Sequence record: SRR20825006_392
Reading direction: 5' to 3' (one strand)
DNA: 40,746 bases
Made by a program: the position numbers and the translations under genes. This document shows, in pieces, positions 37,508 to 40,746 of the stretch. The notes beneath the pieces were generated by a model that worked only from the letters and a program-made list of their open reading frames with translations, made no database searches and was not told the origin of the DNA. Positions within the stretch are counted from its first letter, which is position 1. Every line of letters begins with the position of its first letter.

Positions 37508-38853
37508 ATTACCCCATAGGCCAGAATTGCGTCAGCAACCCTGCGGAACCCGGCTATATTTGCCCCTTGAATATAGTCGGGTCGCTTCGCATCCTGCGCG
37601 CAAGCAACACAATCCTTATGGATTTGCTTCATAATCTTGCGCAAGCGCTTATCCACTTTTTCCGCTGGCCACGAAAGATGCATCGCATTCTGGCTGCGCT
37701 CCAGCCCTGATACAGCAACACCACCGGCATTGGCCGCTTTAGCTGGTGCGATCACAATGCCTTTTTCTTGCGCCTTTTCGCGGGCTTCGGCTTGCAACGG
37801 CATATTTGCCGCCTCACACACAATTTCCAAATTGCCATCAATCATTTTCGCCATATCGGCCCCGCTCACCTCATTTTGCGTCGCGGCAGGTATGGCAATC
37901 TCAAAATCCTCGCCCCAAGGCTTTTTGCCTTCATGATAACGCACATTTTCTGCTTCAAAATCAGCAAGTGCCCCGCGTTTTTGCTCCTTTAGCTCAATGA
38001 TCTGCTCGAGCTCATCAAAATCAAATCCGTCATTTTTGATAATATAACCTTGGCTATCTGAAAGGGTGACGACCTTCGCATTGCGCTCAATCAGTTTTTT
38101 CGCCGTATAAAGCGCAACATTACCAGCGCCAGACACAGCGCAACGCTTGCCTTTAATGTCATCATCGCGGTGCGCCAACATATTCATCAAAAAATAAACA
38201 CAGCCATAGCCCGTCGCCTCTTTGCGCACACAGCTGCCGCCAAAGCCGGGGTTCTTGCCCGTCAGCACTGCCTCATGGCGCCCCGTCAATTGTTTGTAGG
38301 CACCATAAAGAAATCCAATTTCTCTATTTCCGACCCCAATGTCGCCCGCTGGCACATCTCTGTCCGAGCCAATATGCCGATACAGTTCCTGCATAAAGGC
38401 TTGGCAAAACCGCATCACTTCATGTTCACTTTTACCCTTAGGGTCGAAGTCAGATCCCCCCTTGCCACCGCCCATGGGCAACCCGGTCAAAGCATTCTTG
38501 AATGTCTGTTCAAAACCCAAAAATTTAAACGTGTCTAAGCGCACATTGGGCGCAAAGCGCAGGCCACCTTTATAGGGGCCAAGCGCATTGTTATATTGCA
38601 CGCGCCATCCAGTATTGATCTGAATATTCTGGTCATCATCCAACCACGACACGCGGAATTGGATAATGCGATCTGGCACCAAAAGCCGTTCAAAAACGCG
38701 GTTGGCACGATAATCGTCATGCGCCCGCAACTCGTCACCAATATCGGCAGCAACTTCTTCTACTGCCTGATGGAACTGTTTCTCCTCTGGCGTATTCTGT
38801 TTAAGGGTTTCAATAATTTCAGAAAAGTCAGACAATCTTTCACTCCGGAGCAA
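37504..38853 (-). CDS. gdhA: NADP-specific glutamate dehydrogenase
   Basis: FHQAVEEV, GPYKGGLRF, KFLGFEQTFKNALTGLPMGGGKGG, DVPAGDIGVG, EATGYG, SGAGNVA, KAANAGGVAVSGLE. Confidence 0.96.
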   Translation of the reverse strand: MLRSERLSDFSEIIETLKQNTPEEKQFHQAVEEVAADIGDELRAHDDYRANRVFERLLVPDRIIQFRVSWLDDDQNIQINTGWRVQYNNALGPYKGGLRFAPNVRLDTFKFLGFEQTFKNALTGLPMGGGKGGSDFDPKGKSEHEVMRFCQAFMQELYRHIGSDRDVPAGDIGVGNREIGFLYGAYKQLTGRHEAVLTGKNPGFGGSCVRKEATGYGCVYFLMNMLAHRDDDIKGKRCAVSGAGNVALYTAKKLIERNAKVVTLSDSQGYIIKNDGFDFDELEQIIELKEQKRGALADFEAENVRYHEGKKPWGEDFEIAIPAATQNEVSGADMAKMIDGNLEIVCEAANMPLQAEAREKAQEKGIVIAPAKAANAGGVAVSGLERSQNAMHLSWPAEKVDKRLRKIMKQIHKDCVACAQDAKRPDYIQGANIAGFRRVADAILAYGVI

Positions 38854-38935
38854 ATAACCTTATCAAGCCAACGCCATTGATCGGATGAGGTTCCCGCCGC
38901 GTATAGAAACAAAGATCACAAAGGATTGAAGATAT

Positions 38936-40237
38936 ATGGGCCAATCCCCCAGCCAAATAGCTTATGACTTGCTGACCGCCGAAGATGATGGCCGCGTGTG
39001 CAAGGACATTCCGGAAAAAGCCTGCAATGCGAAAGAAGAGAATTTCGCCATTCATGTCTCATCGCTCAGCATGAGCAAAATGGCCGACGGTTTGGTCGAT
39101 CCAAAACTAATCTTGAGCTGGTTGCTCACCAGCGCAGGTGCGCCCAATGCCATCATCGGCATGCTTGTGCCCGTGCGCGAAGCGGGTGCTTTGCTGCCTC
39201 AATTGTTTACCGCAGGCTATATACGCAATTTGGCACAGCGTAAATTTGCGTGGGCCTTGGGCGCATTTCTGCAAGGCGCGTCCGCTGCTGGAATGGCCTT
39301 GGCCGCTTTCACCCTCGAAGGCTTAGCGCTCGGCATCACAATTTTGGCGCTGCTCGGCATTTTGGCACTATCACGCTCCATTTGTTCAGTAGCTTATAAA
39401 GATGTGCTGGGCAAAACAGTGGCCAAATCCGTGCGCGGCACCGCAACAGGCACCGCCTCAAGCATCGGCGCCGGATTTGTCATTCTATTTGCCGCCCTGC
39501 TCGCCTTTTCAGGCAACAATAAAATGCTGGTCGTGCAAATCGGCCTCGCCACTGCTGGCATTTTATGGATAGTCGGCAGCCTCAATTTCTTGCGGCTAGC
39601 TGAGGAAAAAGGGGCAAATGAAGGCGGCGGCAACCCACTCACTTTAGCGATCCAGAACGCGACAGCCCTAAAAGACGACAAGCAGCTTATGTGGTTCATC
39701 ATCACCCGCGCGCTGCTTACCGCAACCGCGCTCGCGCCACCTTTCTTGATCGCCCTTGGCGGCAATTCAAATGAAGGTGAAGCTTTCCAAGGCCTAGGTC
39801 TCCTTCTGTTGGCATCAGCAGGGGCAGGCCTGATCTCCAGCTATGTCTGGGGGCGGCTTGCGGACAAATCGAGCCGAAAGACCCTAGCCTTATCTGGATT
39901 AATGGGCGGCTTCGCACTTTGCTTTAGCGTGCTCGCCTCAATATTGGGCTGGGCCAATATCTGGTTTGTGTTGCCACTACTCCTATTCGCGCTGATGATT
40001 GCCTATCAAGGCGTTCGCTTGGGGCGTTCTACCCATCTAGTCGATATGGCATCAAAAGATGATCGCGCGGTTTACACCGCCTTGAGCAACACAATCATTG
40101 GCATCGTGTTGCTGGCAGGGGCAGCATTCGGAATCATTGCAGAACTGTTCGGCCCCGCTACTGTGATTGCGCTATTCGCCCTCATGTGCTTCGCAGCAAC
40201 GGCCACGGCGCTTAAGCTGAATGAAGAACAGAGATAG
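38936..40237 (+). CDS. MFS transporter
   Basis: About 12 TM segments, LVPVREAGALLPQ, WGRLADKSSR (motif A), GVRLGRSTHLVDMA. Confidence 0.85.
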   Translation: MGQSPSQIAYDLLTAEDDGRVCKDIPEKACNAKEENFAIHVSSLSMSKMADGLVDPKLILSWLLTSAGAPNAIIGMLVPVREAGALLPQLFTAGYIRNLAQRKFAWALGAFLQGASAAGMALAAFTLEGLALGITILALLGILALSRSICSVAYKDVLGKTVAKSVRGTATGTASSIGAGFVILFAALLAFSGNNKMLVVQIGLATAGILWIVGSLNFLRLAEEKGANEGGGNPLTLAIQNATALKDDKQLMWFIITRALLTATALAPPFLIALGGNSNEGEAFQGLGLLLLASAGAGLISSYVWGRLADKSSRKTLALSGLMGGFALCFSVLASILGWANIWFVLPLLLFALMIAYQGVRLGRSTHLVDMASKDDRAVYTALSNTIIGIVLLAGAAFGIIAELFGPATVIALFALMCFAATATALKLNEEQR

Positions 40238-40263
40238 GGCTGACCAACGCCAGCCCTATTTGT

Positions 40264-40746
40264 TTAGGCAACACGTTCTGCTTCAGACAAATCGAGGTGA
40301 AACAGTTCCACTATATCGTCCAACCGTTGCGACTGGCGGGCGGTGTGCTCAATATTTTCATTGTTACGCAACACCAGCGCAGAGCTTTCACCGATCATAT
40401 CGCCCAGGCTAGAAATATCATGGCTGAGATGAGCAATGGTTTGCGCTTGCGCGTTCGCATCTTGCGCCAAATTCACCAGCGCCTGATTGTTCGCCCGCAC
40501 ACCGTCTAGCATCTGGTTCAGCATTTGCGTGGAACGTGCCACCAATTTCGACCCTTGATCGACTTCCGCGTTGCTTTGCTCGATCAGGGCTTTCACCTCG
40601 TTTGATGCATCGGCTGCAGATTGGGCCAAACGACGCACTTCCACGGCAACCACGGCAAAGCCTTTGCCTGCTTCCCCGGCCCGCGCAGCTTCCACCGAGG
40701 CGTTAAGAGCCAACAGATTGGTTTGAAACGCAATATCGTCAATCAT
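40264..40746 (-). CDS. Methyl-accepting chemotaxis protein, C-terminal signalling domain (5' part outside the window)
   Basis: [38 protein letters not shown] hairpin-tip motif. Confidence 0.95.
   Translation of the reverse strand: MIDDIAFQTNLLALNASVEAARAGEAGKGFAVVAVEVRRLAQSAADASNEVKALIEQSNAEVDQGSKLVARSTQMLNQMLDGVRANNQALVNLAQDANAQAQTIAHLSHDISSLGDMIGESSALVLRNNENIEHTARQSQRLDDIVELFHLDLSEAERVA

Noticed and set aside
1..40746. CRISPR arrays, tRNA/rRNA genes, IS elements, integrases, prophage or defence genes
   Set aside because: I found no regularly spaced repeats, RNA-gene signatures or transposase/integrase/phage motifs by eye; intergenic gaps are short. A covariance-model search would be needed to exclude small ncRNAs

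Overview
Core-chromosome segment of an alphaproteobacterium. Gene content suggests Hyphomicrobiales; a Devosiaceae/Maritalea-like marine lineage is a guess. It carries: a split transhydrogenase operon (pntAa-pntAb-pntB) preceded by pepF and an unlisted 43-aa aa3 oxidase subunit IV gene; an AraC + CAAX-protease pair; a TacA-like NtrC-family regulator with a CtrA box but no GAFTGA loop; an L,D-transpeptidase and a YcbK/DUF882 peptidase; dxs, gapR, DUF1036-pyk; an acetylpolyamine amidohydrolase followed by a 1-bp-frameshifted second oppB; rpmJ; an oppABC(DF) operon with an embedded 35-codon ORF; a fadE-fadJ-fadI / fadD-MerR(LiuR-like) beta-oxidation cluster with two palindromic operators; two tandem Cle-like pseudo-receiver genes with YFGPDRR motifs; a TetR + ABC exporter; gdhA; an MFS transporter; and the 3' end of an MCP. 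I saw no rRNA, tRNA, CRISPR, IS or phage element. No clearly new multi-gene system stands out. The best leads are the Cle-like pair, the degenerate TacA, the opp small ORF and the orphan oppB.
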